From Octopus sinensis (lineage: Eukaryota): a stretch of 64,000 nucleotides of DNA. Position 1 is the stretch's first letter; each line of letters starts with the position of its first letter. The notes beneath the pieces were generated by a model. That model ran no database searches, was not told the origin of the DNA, and worked only from the letters and a program-made list of their open reading frames with translations. Below are positions 39,895-53,792 of this stretch, piece by piece. Location: assembly GCF_006345805.1 (NCBI RefSeq), contig NC_043020.1, positions 3,348,001-3,412,000 of the forward strand, written 5' to 3'. Made by a program: the position numbers and the translations under genes.

Positions 39895-40676
39895 AACAGC
39901 CTGCAGAACTACATGACTGAATACGGCTCTGATGGGGATGAAGATGATGATGATATGTGATGCAAATGATGACTGCAAACAGCTGATGTGTTTAAGCCAC
40001 TTCTGCCCACCACTCCAACCATTTCATAATCTTGGTCTTTATCTTCTGCCTTCTGATGTTGCTTTGATTATGTCTGACGAAATAAGAATTAGGAAATGGA
40101 TTTTGGGGTTCAGAGACGGGGGAAAGGGCCGGGGTGCATCCTCAGAACTTTTTGTTTTGCTTCAACCTACCTCTTTTAAATGTTTTGGGTTTTAGACTTT
40201 TCCACAAATGTCCAACTGAATTAAAAATACTCTTTTGTTTCTACCTCCAAATTGGTTCATGTTAACATCTAACATCTAATATGATATATAGATATATATA
40301 TATATTGTGTATATATGTATATATATATAATTAATAACTAATAATTTTGCCAAGTAGTCAGTACGTTAAAAATAACCATTTTAAGCAAACTTGTACAAAT
40401 ATTCTATAATTATATACATGATTATAATCAGGGTTAGGGTTAGGCTAATTGCTTCACCACACACTGATTTAGAAATAGGAACTAAATGCCTTTTCTACTA
40501 TGATAAAAGATCTCCAAGACAGTAAACACACTTTTTTACGTAAAAAAGTCTGTTTACTGTCTTGGAGATCTTTTATGGTTGTAGAAAAGGCATTTAGTTC
40601 CTATTTCTAAATCAGTATGTGGTGAAGCAATCAGCCTAACCCTTGATTATAATCATGTATATAATTATAGAATATT

Positions 40677-40707
<31 letters not shown>

Positions 40708-40741
40708 GCGTGTGTGTGTGTGTGTGTATATATATTATATT

Positions 40742-40783
<42 letters not shown>

Positions 40784-43700
40784 ATGTCAAGGTACTTGTC
40801 AAATTGTAGGCATATTTACAATCATAGCCCACCAAAAATCTATTGTATTGGAGTTATGTGATCGAATGGAGGAATAAATATTAGGTTTATAAAGAAACCA
40901 ATAAATTTAATTCAAACAAGGAAAGGATTTGTGTATGTATGTTTAGATATGTATGTGTGTGTATGTCTGTTATATATATATATGTATATATATCATATAT
41001 ATAGAAGATGTTTTGATATTGCAGAAATTTTTACTAAATTTACAAAACTGGATTATTTTTGCATCATTTTGTATATAAAATAAAATACATCAAGAATATT
41101 TGAATTTAAAAAAAAAATTATGAAAATTAAAAATTTTGCCTTAGAAATGTTAATTTCTATAGATTTATGTATTTTGTGTTTTTTTTTTTCCATGTAAGTG
41201 TCTTTTTGTTTTTGAGATGAGAACTTTAGGAAGCAGCAAACCTCTGGAGAGAAGATCTGAAAACCCACTTAACCCTTTCCCATTCAGGTTACCATGTCTA
41301 ATGTGATGCTTATTTTAGTATGAAGAAACTCAAATAAGCCCACTGTGTGTGTGTGTGTGTGTGTGTATCCTTTTCTTGACATCATGTGGTTGTAAATGAA
41401 TATCACTGTCAGACAAATAATGTCTATTTCCAGTCTTCCGTGTCTGACCATAGAGAAATATTATCTTGCTTGGAAACAGGTGAAGGTTGGCAACAGAAAG
41501 GACATCTGGCCATAGAAAATCTGCCTCAATAAACTCTGTCCCATACAAACATAGAACAATGGGTATTAGTAGCTGTGTGGTAAGTAGCTTGCTTACCAAC
41601 CACATGGTTCCGGGTTCAGTCCCACAGCGTGGCACCTTGGGCAAGTGTCTTCTACTATAGCCTCAGGCTGACCAAAGCCTTGTGAGTGGATTTGGTTGAC
41701 GGAAACTGGAAGAAGCCCGTCGTGTATATATGTTTGTGTGTCTGTATTTGTCCTCCCAACATCGCTTGACAACCGATGCTGGTGTGTTTACGTCTCTGTA
41801 ACTTAGTGGTTTGCTAAAAAGACACCAATATAATAAGTACTAGGCTTACAAAGAATAACCTGGGGTTGATTTGCTCGACTAAAGGCGGTGCTCCAGCGTG
41901 GCCACCATCAAATGACTGAAGCAAGTAAAAGAGTATAGATTGAGGCTCTGATGAAACTGTAAAGCAGAGTTTCTCAACCGTTTCCTTACATCTGTACCTC
42001 GTAGCCATTCAGTGTTTCAAAAATAATATATTTAGAATAAAATATAAGGAATTGTACAAAAACAGTGTTGAAATATTTGGTGTATTGTAGAAGTATAAGC
42101 AATTTATTACAGAGAAATTTTTTATGGGACCCTGGTTGAGAACTATTGCTATATAGTGTTTCTTGGGCATTTAACTATGAGTTCATAACATCATACAGTG
42201 GAAACAACAAAACCTGTTACTCTGAGTATTTGCCATGTAACTCACAAAACTAAAAAACTTCTTTGGAGGAAGGTAGCTTTATGCTAGGTATTGATAGGTG
42301 AAAGTATGATAGATAGAAAGACAGGAATTGGTTTCTTGCTGTAAAAGAGATACATGACTAATCTGCATTCTATAAGAGTAGTAGGAGTAATTAGGGTGGA
42401 ACTGGAAGGTGTGATAAGGTGTTAGGGTAACCCCCTCAAGGTATTAGAAGGTAAATAGAAGAGAGAGTGGAGGTGATATGGTGCTCAGGCAACTCACTTG
42501 CAGGTTATGATCAAGGAGAAATGTGGTCCTTGAAATGTAATTACTGCAAAAACTGTCCGATGAACGGCAACGGGAAACTCAGAGTAACGGGTTTTGTTGA
42601 ATTTTCTACTGCTTTAAATAAAGCATATTACTCTACCACTGGTATTTGAGTACTCTTTTTTCCACCATGTTTCACATTTATGTGTTTACTCCAGTATTTA
42701 TATATATATATATATTTCGTACTACCTGTTAATCCTTCCTTTGTCATCTCTTTTCTTATTGCCACTCCATATCCGACTGATGCTTTGTTTAGAAGCGTAT
42801 GTATATTGAGACCCCTACACCAGGTTATTTCTATCACAATGCCTCCTGAGTGAAATATTAAAAATATATGTGTGAAAACTTGATATTTTTTTCTACTGGG
42901 CATTCCTCTGTTGTCATATATCTGAAAAGAGGTAAAATTTATTCAAATTTCAAAAACTATGAACAAAAATTGTAGAGGAACTTTGAAAAAAGCCATAAAA
43001 GGTGATGATAAAAATATTTTTTAGTGTTCAATCAGATAACACTGGAAAGGCTTAAAATAAATGAGAACAAAAACAACAACTGTATCTGACAGTCCACAAT
43101 TGATGTGAATGTTTATATTCCACACTCGTTCCCCACTTGAGTAAAGTGATGTTTATGTTATCACCCATTCTTAACAATATGACTGTATCTCTACACTTTC
43201 AAAGAACTGTAGAACAAATAATTCCCTTTGATACACAAACAAACATTGGTAACAGGAAGAGCATGCAACTGGAAATTCCAATCTGATATAACTCTGTCCC
43301 AAGTCATCGGTTTTTATTTGAAGTTACTGACCTCCTGTTTAATTTGGGGACCATTTCATATGTTAGATTCTTTTCCCTCTGATGCCACCTGAGCCAATTG
43401 TGAATCACAATATGCAATTGTGTACATGTGTATATGACACATAGAACACTTAGAGATAAGTCATTTAAAATCCAGTCAGAACAAACATTCCCTTCAATAC
43501 AAAAACACACAAACAGTTCAGTAAAAATAAACATGAATTTAATGAATGAATTTGCTTGTTTCTTTGCAGTAATAGTGTGTTATAGTATTACGCAGTTGTC
43601 AGAATTTTTATTGTTGGTTATTTTTTATTGCTTTCACACTCAAAAACCTTCCAGTCCCTCCTTATACCTCTCTTCCTCCTCCTCCTCCTCCTCTTCTCTC

Positions 43701-44239
43701 TACTCATTGCTGTTAACTTCCTCTCTGTCTCATAAAGATAATAAGTGATATTCATTTGTCATCTTTATGTGACAATGACCGAGCAGCTACAGAAAAAGTA
43801 GAAATAAAATAAATGTGTAGAGAAGTATTTTGCTGTGACCAAGAAGGCCTATTCTAGTAGAGAAGTGAAACCACACGGCTTGGTGGATACAGGTGTTCAG
43901 TTCACAATCGTATGGTCGTGAGCTCAATTCCTGGCAATGCATAGTGTTCTTGAGCAAGACACTTTATTTCACATTGCTACAGTCCACTCAACTGACAAAA
44001 ATGTTTTGCACATGTAATTGAAAGGGTCAACCTTGTCACACTTTGTGTCATGTAGAATCTCCCTGAGAACTACGTTAAGGGTACACGTGTCTGTGGAGTG
44101 CTCAGTCAGTTGCACTTTAATTTCAGGAGGAGGAGGCTGTTCCATCGAGCAGATCAACTAGAACCTTTGTTGTTGTATTTCTCTACCAGACCACACACTG
44201 TTGTTCATCGATACTAGGCTTGCTATGGGGGTAATTTGC

Positions 44240-44510
44240 AATCTTCCCTATTGGCACCTGCTTCAGAGATTCTGAAAGATTCAAAAGTCTTTTAGCCCCT
44301 GCTGCTAGCATCTTTCGCGCAAACTTTCTCAAGCAAGATCTTCATATGGACTGAGATTGGTCTTGTAATCTTTCAAGGAACTTTTGGTGCATCTTTGAAT
44401 GTTTTGTTTGGTGCACCAATACTGCACCCTCCATTTGCAGCTCAGAATAGAAAACAGCCTTTTGCAGTCTACATTCAGAGTGACCTGCTGTTCTTGAGGA
44501 CCCTATTAAG
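44240..44510 (-). mobile_element. RTE-type LINE 3' ORF remnant
   Basis: RLQKAVFYSEL, then CSIGAPNKTFKD across a frameshift (cf. RLPKxxFYGELxxGxRxxGxPKKRFKD). Confidence 0.55.
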
Positions 44511-45632
44511 TCAAGTACATCAACATCAAAATAAAATTCAAATGGAAATCCTAGTTAAGACACCTGTGCTGGTGACACTTAAAAAGCACCGTCTGAACGT
44601 GAGAAGATGCCAGCGCCGCCTGATTGGCATCCATGTCGGTGACACATAAAAGCACCAACCGATCATGGCTGTTTGCCAGCCTGCTCTGGCCCCTGTGCTG
44701 GCGGCACGTAAAAAGCACCCACTACACTCACAGAGTGGTTGGCGTTAAGAAGGGCATCCAGCTGTAGAAACAATGCCAGACCAGACTGGAGCCTGGTGCA
44801 GCCTCCTGGCTTCCCAGACCCCAGTCGAACCGTCCAACCCATGCTAGCATGGAAAAGAGACATTAAATGATGATGATTCAGGCATTTTGACTAACTCAAT
44901 GCAGTTGGATTTGCAAACAAACTTGGAACATTAACATACCTAACAATTGATTTGAGAATTTTTTCCTGCCACTTTATGACTAGAATCTTCTTTACAGGAT
45001 GGGCCTGAAAGATTCACCTATTGATATTTCTTAATCATTCAAAATAAACTTAAAGTAGGCTAATGAAATTTGGCACACCTGTTCTAATGGAAATTGTCAA
45101 TCCATTGCATTAATTACATTTCAAGGACCACTTTTTTCCTTGATCATAACCTGCAAGTGAGTTGCCTGAGCACCATATCACCTTCACTCTCTCTTCTATT
45201 TACCTTCTAATACCTTGAGGGGGTTACCCTACCACCTTATCATCACCACACTTTATCACACCTTCCAGTTCCACCCTAATTACTCCTACTACTCTTATAG
45301 AATGCAGATTAGTTATGTATCTCTTTTACAGCAAGAAACCAATTCCTGTCTTTCTATCTATCATACTTTGACCTATCAATACCTAGCATAAAGCCACCTT
45401 CCTCCAAAGAAGTTTTTTTAGTTTTGTGAGTTACATGGCAATTTCATTAGTGCTGATGCCACAAAGAAAGCATTCACTGCATAGTGTGAAGCAGTTTGCA
45501 TTAGGAAGGGCATCCAGCAGTAGAAACTTAGCCAAAACAGATGGAACTCAGTGCTGTTCTCTGGCTTGGTGAGTCTTCTTAAATCATCCACCCAATGCCA
45601 GTATGGAAAACTGATATCAAATGCTGATGATA

Positions 45633-45712
<80 letters not shown>

Positions 45713-45839
45713 TATATTCATACTACCTCTTAATCCTTCCTTTTACTATGGCTTCTTGTGCTATTCTCTCCTATTCTCTCTGCTATTCCCTGCTGCCCAG
45801 GGTGAAAATCTCCACTTCTAGTTGCAGCAAATATATATA

Positions 45840-45869
<30 letters not shown>

Positions 45870-45876
<7 letters not shown>

Positions 45877-46350
45877 GAGTTGGCACTGTCAATGTAGGTA
45901 CATTGAAAGGTAGGTCTAGTGAGATTGTAGAGATGCTTGAATGGAGACATGTTGATGTATGCTGCATACAAAAGGCGAGGTGGAGAGGAGCTTCAGCCAG
46001 GGTCCTCACAGGCAAGGCACATACGTATAAGATTTTCTGGGAAGCTAACAATGATGGAGTAGGGGGTGTAGGCATACTCCTTGCAGAGAAATGGGTAGAT
46101 AAGGTCATAGAGGGATAGACAAGTGGTTAGTAAGAGCTGTACAGGGATGCTGTCAGTAAGGTAAGGTTCGGCAATGAGTATAGTGAAGAAATCTGGGTAG
46201 AAGTAGGGGTTCACCAAGGATCAGTGCTTAGCCCCCTCTTATTCAGCGTAATCCTCCAGATGAATTCAAGACAGGCTACCCCTGGGAGCTCCTCTATACT
46301 GATGACCTTGTTTTCATTGCTGAATCACTACCAGAACTAGAGAAGAAATT
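45870..46350 (+). mobile_element. RTE-clade LINE remnant with the endonuclease N-terminus joined directly to the RT core
   Basis: RVGTVNVGTLKGRSSEIVEML..GVGGVGILL, followed after ~46112 by VGVHQGSVLSPLLF and LLYTDDLV. Confidence 0.85.
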
Positions 46351-47173
46351 ACACCCAGTGTAAGCTGGGTACACCTGAAATTGGTAGACGGAAACTGAAA
46401 GAATCTCATCGTATATACATATATATCGTGCCGGTGGTACATAAAATGCACCATTTGAGTATGATCGTTGCCAGTGTTGCTTTACCAGCATGTGCTGGTG
46501 GTACGTGAAAAGCAACATTTGAACGTGGTCGTTGCCAGTGCCGCCGGACTGGCTCCCATGCAGGTAGCACGTAAAAAACAACCTTTGAGCATGGTCGTTG
46601 CCAGAACTGCCTGACTGGCCCTCGTGCTGGTGACACGTAAAAGCATCCATTACACTCTCGGAGTGGTTGGCGTTAGGAAGGGCATCGAGTTGTAGAAACT
46701 TTGCCAGATTAAGACTGGAGCCTGGTGCAGCCTCCTGGCTCACCAGTCCTCAGTCAAACCCATGCCAGCATGGAAAGTGGACGTTAAACGACGACGACGA
46801 CGACGATGATGATGATATATGTTTGTGTGTCTTTGTCCTCCCACCCTTGCTTGACAAACTATGTTGGTGTGTTTACATCCCTGTAACTTAGCGGTTCGAC
46901 ACAAGAGACTGATAGAATAAGTACTAGGCTTTCAAGGAAGAAGTCCCGGAGTCGATTTGTTCGACTAAAGGCTGCAGTCAAATGACTGAAACAAACAAAA
47001 GAGTTTTATCAATCTTTGTTTTTATATTTAGTTATGATAAAAGCCAACTTTACATTAATCTGATGGGTTACTCCGTACTTTTGCAGAGAACAAATTTTAT
47101 TATTTCACTGTTAACAACATTCTGGTATAAGAATAACACACACACACACACATATACATATATATATATATTC

Positions 47174-47275
<102 letters not shown>

Positions 47276-47282
47276 ATATACA

Positions 47283-47313
<31 letters not shown>

Positions 47314-47337
47314 ATATATTCATATATATATATATTC

Positions 47338-47372
<35 letters not shown>

Positions 47373-47385
47373 ATCATATACATAT

Positions 47386-47419
<34 letters not shown>

Positions 47420-47553
47420 ATATGTATATATATATATTATATATAATCGAAATAAGCAACAAGGATGTCCAAAGTAGTGTAGTATAATCGTTTCATGCTA
47501 CTTCATTTTATTAAACACTTATAATACCATATATACGCCTATATATATATACA

Positions 47554-47595
<42 letters not shown>

Positions 47596-47760
47596 TGCGT
47601 ATAAACGAAAGAGAAGAGACGAGAAAGAGAAAGTGTGCGTGCGCGAGCGTAGAACTCTTCTGTGTTTGGAAGTGAGTGGAGCTCTCCTGCGTCAGTTGCA
47701 AAAAGGTTGTTGTTGTTGTTGTTGGTTGTTTTTTGGATTTCATTTTCAGGAAATGCTAAA

Positions 47761-47776
47761 ATGGCCGAAGCTGCAG
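47761..47776 (+). CDS. UBFD1: UBFD1 first coding exon (MAEAA)
   Basis: aaaATGG strong Kozak context. The phase-1 donor G|GTGAGA matches the exon at 53167. Confidence 0.7.
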
Positions 47777-48493
47777 GTGAGAAGGATTCGAAACTTGTAG
47801 CAACTTGTAGCCAGGGTGCAAGATTAGCTACCTACCTACCTACCTCCACTCCATTGCACCACCACCCCCAACACCACACTTTTCTTTATTTAATTCAACT
47901 CTTATTAAACACACACACATATATATCTAATATATACACATGTATATTTACATATATACTCATATATACACATGTATACACATATACACATATACATATA
48001 CATATATACTCATATATACACATGTATACACATATATACACACACACATGCTGCACATACATATATATCCACATATATACATATATATATACATATATAC
48101 ATATATATACACATATATACATATATACACATGTATATACATATATACACATATATATACACACACAATGTCTCTTAGACGGAGGAGCTGTCTTTCACCC
48201 TTAATTTTTCTCGACCCTAAAAATCTGGTTACAGAATATTTTTATTACAGTTTAAACTTTGCCATTCTTGAATTCATTTCTCATTCTTTTACACATGTTG
48301 TTTATAATTGTGGAATAAGGAAAGCATCGAACGTTTCTCCAAGAAACAACTCAACCAAATGTAACCAACTGAGTCTCAAAAACGCATTTCGTGTTCTTCT
48401 AGGGTTTTCCTTTTCGAATAATACCATATATATATGTATGTATGTATGTATATATATATATATTATATATATGTATATATATATATATATATG

Positions 48494-48538
<45 letters not shown>

Positions 48539-48616
48539 ATATGTATGCATATACATACATACATATAGATAGATCTATCTATCTATCTATCTATATATAT
48601 ATATATATATGTATGT

Positions 48617-48650
<34 letters not shown>

Positions 48651-51600
48651 GTATAGGATGTTAGAGGGATTCCCAGGGAATCCAGCGAAGCATATATTCT
48701 TATATTCTTCACATTTCATTTAGAAACCCAAACTATTTTATATTATTTATGGATATTTTGAAATGGATTTTTGCAAAAGCCATATTTTATACTTGAACTG
48801 AATTTCTTGTTTGTACAGAATTAGTATAAGTTTGAGTAGTTGGTTATTTATTGTATTGGAGGGGGAAATGCTTCATACTTTCTCCTTTGTACCATATTTG
48901 AGCCGAGAGTAATTTATACATATGTTGCTAACGCCATATATACACAAATGACACAACAGTCTGTGTCTACACACACACATATATATATATATATGTATAT
49001 GTAGGTCTATATACATCTATATACAAGTGTGTGTATATATATAATATATGTATATATATATGCATAAATACGGGGATTTAACAGCAAACCGAACCAACAG
49101 TTTTTACAGTTTAGCCTAAATGACTATAGAATATATATATACATCCGTTAATACATAACGCATGTGTTCGTATTTATAAATTAGAATATGTTTGCATTAT
49201 ATCTATATATCTGTGTGTGACTGAGCCCTTTTTCTCTTCCCCCTACACTTAGAACCCAATTCTCTGCTGCCCCACGGGGTTCCCTGTCCATTCTGCCACT
49301 GTCTCACCCCAATTTGCAGTCCGAGTAATATTAAGATGCTCGGCTGACGTCATAGAAACACGCAAAATTCGCCAGTTTCTTCCCCAAAATGCCCGTCAGT
49401 CTTCTTCGAAGCACCGTTCTGCTTCCATTTGCATGGTATTCGCAGATTTACGAGAGAGCTTCTTCACCAAATGCGAAGCCTGTTTCTCGAACCTTCCACT
49501 CGAAAACTAATGTTGACGTGTATTACGTGTGCGTGTGTGTCTTATTTTAACAGGAGCCAAGAATTAATGGAGAAATAACAGAACCAGCACTTATTTGTCA
49601 ACAGGATGAGTAAATCCTATTTTGGCAGCCCTTGAAGTGTTTGTTGCCTAAACTTTAAGAAAGAAGACACACAACCTAACCAAACCACATTAATTCTCAT
49701 GATTCGAGTTGACGGATGGCTTTATTCGTGATCACCCGACCTGCTAAGAATCACCAACTTAATTTCCTTAATTAAAAGGGGAAAGCACAAGGCGAAAGGA
49801 CAGGGTGGTCACGGGTAGAATGCTTTAATTATAAATCTGTTCTTGCAGGGCTCACTTGCATTTCAATATTTGCATGATTGACTTAATTGTTTTTCTTATG
49901 GCAATTAGAAGCAATTTTATCGTTAATAATTATTTTGATTGAAGATCCCGTGAACGGAGTTCTTTATGTATTAAAAAAAAGAAGAAAATCCTTAATATTT
50001 CAGGACTAATTTCGCAACTTTTAGTGTCTTAAATTTCTGAGGCCTATTTTCAGTGTATCATAATTTTATTTTATCTAGAAAGCCAGATAAAAAAATCTTG
50101 ATGGTTTTCTCTAAAGCTTTGTGGTTTTTAAGCTCGACTTTGATAAATTTCTGAAAGACATTTTAACGCCGGCGAACTGTTGACACCAAACAAAAGGACT
50201 TATTGATAATTTTCTTTAAAGATTACCACAATTTTTTCTTTCTTTTTCCTTTTTTTGAAAAAAGAAAGAAAATCCACTTATCGATAAGTCCATATGTTCT
50301 TTCGTAAGTCCGCAATGGGGGCTAATGCAGAATCGCATCTCACCATAAAAAATGCATTTTTCTGAAAATGTTTATTCTGATTTCTAGGTTTTACATGTCG
50401 GAGATGACGAATATTAAAAAAAAAATAATAAATAACCCCCTACCCCACAAAAAAATACGGGGATTTTAACAACAAACCGAAACTACAGTTTAGCCTAAAT
50501 GAACGTAAAGTGCCCTTTATATGGTTTTGCATGGATTCCAGCTTTGTTTTGGAAATGATAGAGAAGTGCATATTAAAATTTTTTTTTCATTATGCTTTAG
50601 TCAGAAGGGAGGAGGGGGGCAATATTCATGACCCTTTTTCAGGATCACTAAGGCTAGTGAACGGAAGTTATACTCAGACTTGAAATCTGGCTAAAGGTGC
50701 CTAAGACCAGGCATATGGTTAAACAGATTAAGGCCATCACTTTTGCCTGGAAAAAGCATGCAGTTCTCTCATTGGCAATTCCTAAGTTGTTCACAGAAAC
50801 TCTGCCATTTTTAGATTTCTTCCTGGCAAACAACTTGTTGGAGCTTCTAACTTGCTCAAAACAGCTGCCAAAGCTCTCTCATTTCATGTCCTTCCATCTT
50901 AAAACAAAAAGGGTCACACAGGCACAGGTGTGGCTATATGGTAAAAAGTTCGCTGCCCAATCGCATTCTTCTGGGTTCAGTCCCACTGCATGACTCCTTG
51001 AGCAAATTTCTTCTATAACCCTGGACCAGCCAGGCCTTGTCTGTGGATTTGGTGAACAGAAACTGAAAGAAGCCTGTCAAAAATGTGTGTCTTCGTGTCT
51101 GTGTTTGTTTCTCACCACCACTCGACAGCTGGTTGGTGTGTTTATGTCTCTGACTTAGTGGTTCAGCAAAAGAAGCCAAAATGACTGCAGTCTAATGACT
51201 AAAACAGGCAAATAATAAAACAGAAAAGAGAGCATAATATCATCTTAGATGGAAAAAAAAAAGGATGATCATGGTTTGAATGTCTTTGGATTATATGTTG
51301 CTAGACAACAGCAACAACAATCATCACATAAGATCCACTATGAATTATCCATGCTCTCTTTGACCCATGAATCTCTCTGTATTGCAGAAAGATACACAAA
51401 CATAAAAGTCGTGCTTGCTACATTATAATATGGTCCTAAAAGACATCAGTAAACAAACCCAACAGGCAAATGCTTAGATAACAATTATGCAAAGAAATAC
51501 AATGAATTACTTAAATTTCGTAGACTGAGTTCATTGTTGTTGAGTCCCAAATCAACTCTGGTTAAGAGCTAAACAATAGCAGCAAACAAAAACATTTGTT

Positions 51601-51797
51601 CAGGCACAGACACAGCTGTGAGTTTGCTTCCCAAGTGGTGTTGCTTAACCATCCTGTTATCTAATATTTAGTACCCAGTCTAAAACAAATCGGTAAGATT
51701 GGCTGAAATGGATCTATTATACTGTATCCTTTGATTAATATATCCACCCTGTTGAGTGCATATTTTTCTGACTTATGAATTCTTTGATGTCGTTTTG

Positions 51798-52684
51798 TAA
51801 GGGTTTTGGGGTTAAATTTGATGATTTTCCTTTTATGTCTCTTTTTTTCAGGAACCACTTGATCTGTTTGGTGGACAGTCAACAATGTTGGAAAGTGTAA
51901 AGATCAAAGTTGTAGTTAAGAGAAAAAGCTGACATAGAGAACTGAATATTGGAAAAGAGTTACCCGTGTCCTGATGATTGATGCTGGGTCTCAAAACGCA
52001 GACACCATGACGGCTGCTCAATGCTCTGTGACCATTATAAAGGCTGTAAGAAGTGACATGGATAGCTGCACTGGAGACTACCCAGCCATGGCCAACAGGA
52101 AGGGACACAGCTGTTGTTCTGACTGGTGTCCACATGCTGGAATCCATCCAACAACTGCAGGAACAGGTCCTTAGGCTCAATTCAGATGGCTATGGGAAGC
52201 TGCTGGAGACTGTAGTGAAACCCTGGCAGGAGAGGGTTGCTACTGTAAGGCCATGTGTGTGGCAGCAGGATTTGGCTCCTTACCTTACCTCCGGAAATCA
52301 TCAGACATGGTTGTCAGAGAATTTCTGTGACTTCACCAGCCCCAATTTCTGGCCTCCTAATTCCTCGGATTGCAATCCTTTGGATTACTCTGAGAGGCAT
52401 GGTTGAGAAAGACATTAACTGCTCTGTATGTAACACTAAGGCCAAGCTTGTCGTGAAGGTCAAGGAAGTGTTTGAAGATCTTCCCAGGGACACAGTGAGG
52501 AATGCTTGTGCCAGGTTCCAGAGCCATGTGGAAGCTGAGGGCAGTCACTTTGAGTAAACCATTATCGTCCTGCCCTAATCTGGTTGATATTTAAAAAATT
52601 TTTTTAAATACTTTTATTTTTGGATGGGATATTGTTTTCCTATCCTTTTATGCAAAGTGTCAAATTTAACCCCAACCCCCTGTA
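51798..52684 (+). mobile_element. Internally deleted Tc1/mariner (maT-like) transposon in UBFD1 intron 1
   Basis: TIRs GGGGTTAAATTTGA / TCAAATTTAACCCC. Remnant VWQQDLAP..WPPNSSDCNPLDY. Confidence 0.85.
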
Positions 52685-53166
52685 TAAATGGATGCCAGTG
52701 AGTATAAATGTGTGAGTGTTCGTTTCACCTTACCTTGACATCCCTTAATTGTTGTAAATGATTGTCATTCAAGCAGCATCATTCATTTCCAATATTCTGT
52801 GAAAATATGTCTGGCCATGGGGGAAATATTACATTCCATGCAAACAGGTTATGGATTGGTGACAGAAAGGGCCATCCAGCCTTAGAAAACTTCCCTTGAT
52901 AAATTTGTCCAACCCCTGCAGGGATGGACATTAGAACGATGATAATGTATTTAGGACGATATTCAGTGTGTCTTCTATTTGTTCCAACATGGTAGGGAGT
53001 GACTTGAAAGAGGTGTGGCTGCTATTTCTAGCAGGTCAAATGATCTTTGAGAGTGGCAGTTCTCAATCAAGGTCCATATGGCAATTTTGTATTTATTTAA
53101 AAAAAATTTTATATATTTTGTTTTTAACAACTATTGATTGTTTATTTTTCATTTTCATTTTCATAG

Positions 53167-53286
53167 AAAATTCTGAACTGAGTGCATTAAAAATGGAAAA
53201 TGAACAGTTTGAATGTTCAGCTGATGTCAACGATTCATTGCCGAATGACGTGGAAATAACGGAGAAAGATGCTCAACCAACAACAG
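53167..53286 (+). CDS. UBFD1: UBFD1 exon 2 (acidic disordered N-terminus)
   Basis: CATAG acceptor, ENSELSALKMENEQFECSADVNDSLPNDVEITEKDAQPTT, G|GTCAGT donor, phase 1-1. Confidence 0.8.
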
Positions 53287-53479
53287 GTCAGTGGGTGGGG
53301 CTTTTCTTCTTCCTTTCTTTCCTTTCTGCATCTCTTGTCGCAGATGTTCAAATATACCAACCATTGCTAACACACACCTTCATGAAACTTTACATTATAT
53401 ATATATACATACATACATACATACACTAGCAGAGATACCTGGCATTGGTCAGGATTAAAATGGCAAATGGCATAGCTTG

Positions 53480-53514
<35 letters not shown>

Positions 53515-53747
53515 TAATAAAAGGAATTCCAACCTTGTCTGATTTTCACGTTTTATTTATAATTTTATAATGATATAATATAAGATAATATAATAAAATA
53601 AAATAAAATGAAATAGTAGAATGTTAAATGTTCATTCTGATTGAACTAGTACTTTCATGCATTGAATTCTGCAATCTTCAGGTTCATGTAGTGTTGACAG
53701 TCATGCTTCACAAAAACTTGTGAAGCATGACTGTCACCACTACTACA

Positions 53748-53792
53748 TGAACCTGAAGATTGCAGAATTCAATGCATGAAAGTACTAGTTCA
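53748..53792 (+). ncRNA. Candidate minimal type-I hammerhead ribozyme with canonical core; identical copy on the - strand at 53642-53686
   Basis: Stem I UGAAC/GUUCA, core CUGAAGA, stem II UGCA/UGCA, GAAA, palindromic stem III AGUACU, CUA cleavage triplet. Confidence 0.7.

Noticed and set aside
40430-40446. Interstitial telomere
   Set aside because: Only ~2.5 TTAGGG units, embedded in a palindromic element.
47662-48204. 180-aa ORF with apparent hydrophobic signal
   Set aside because: Read-through of the UBFD1 UTR intron ((GTT)n), start exon and microsatellite intron.
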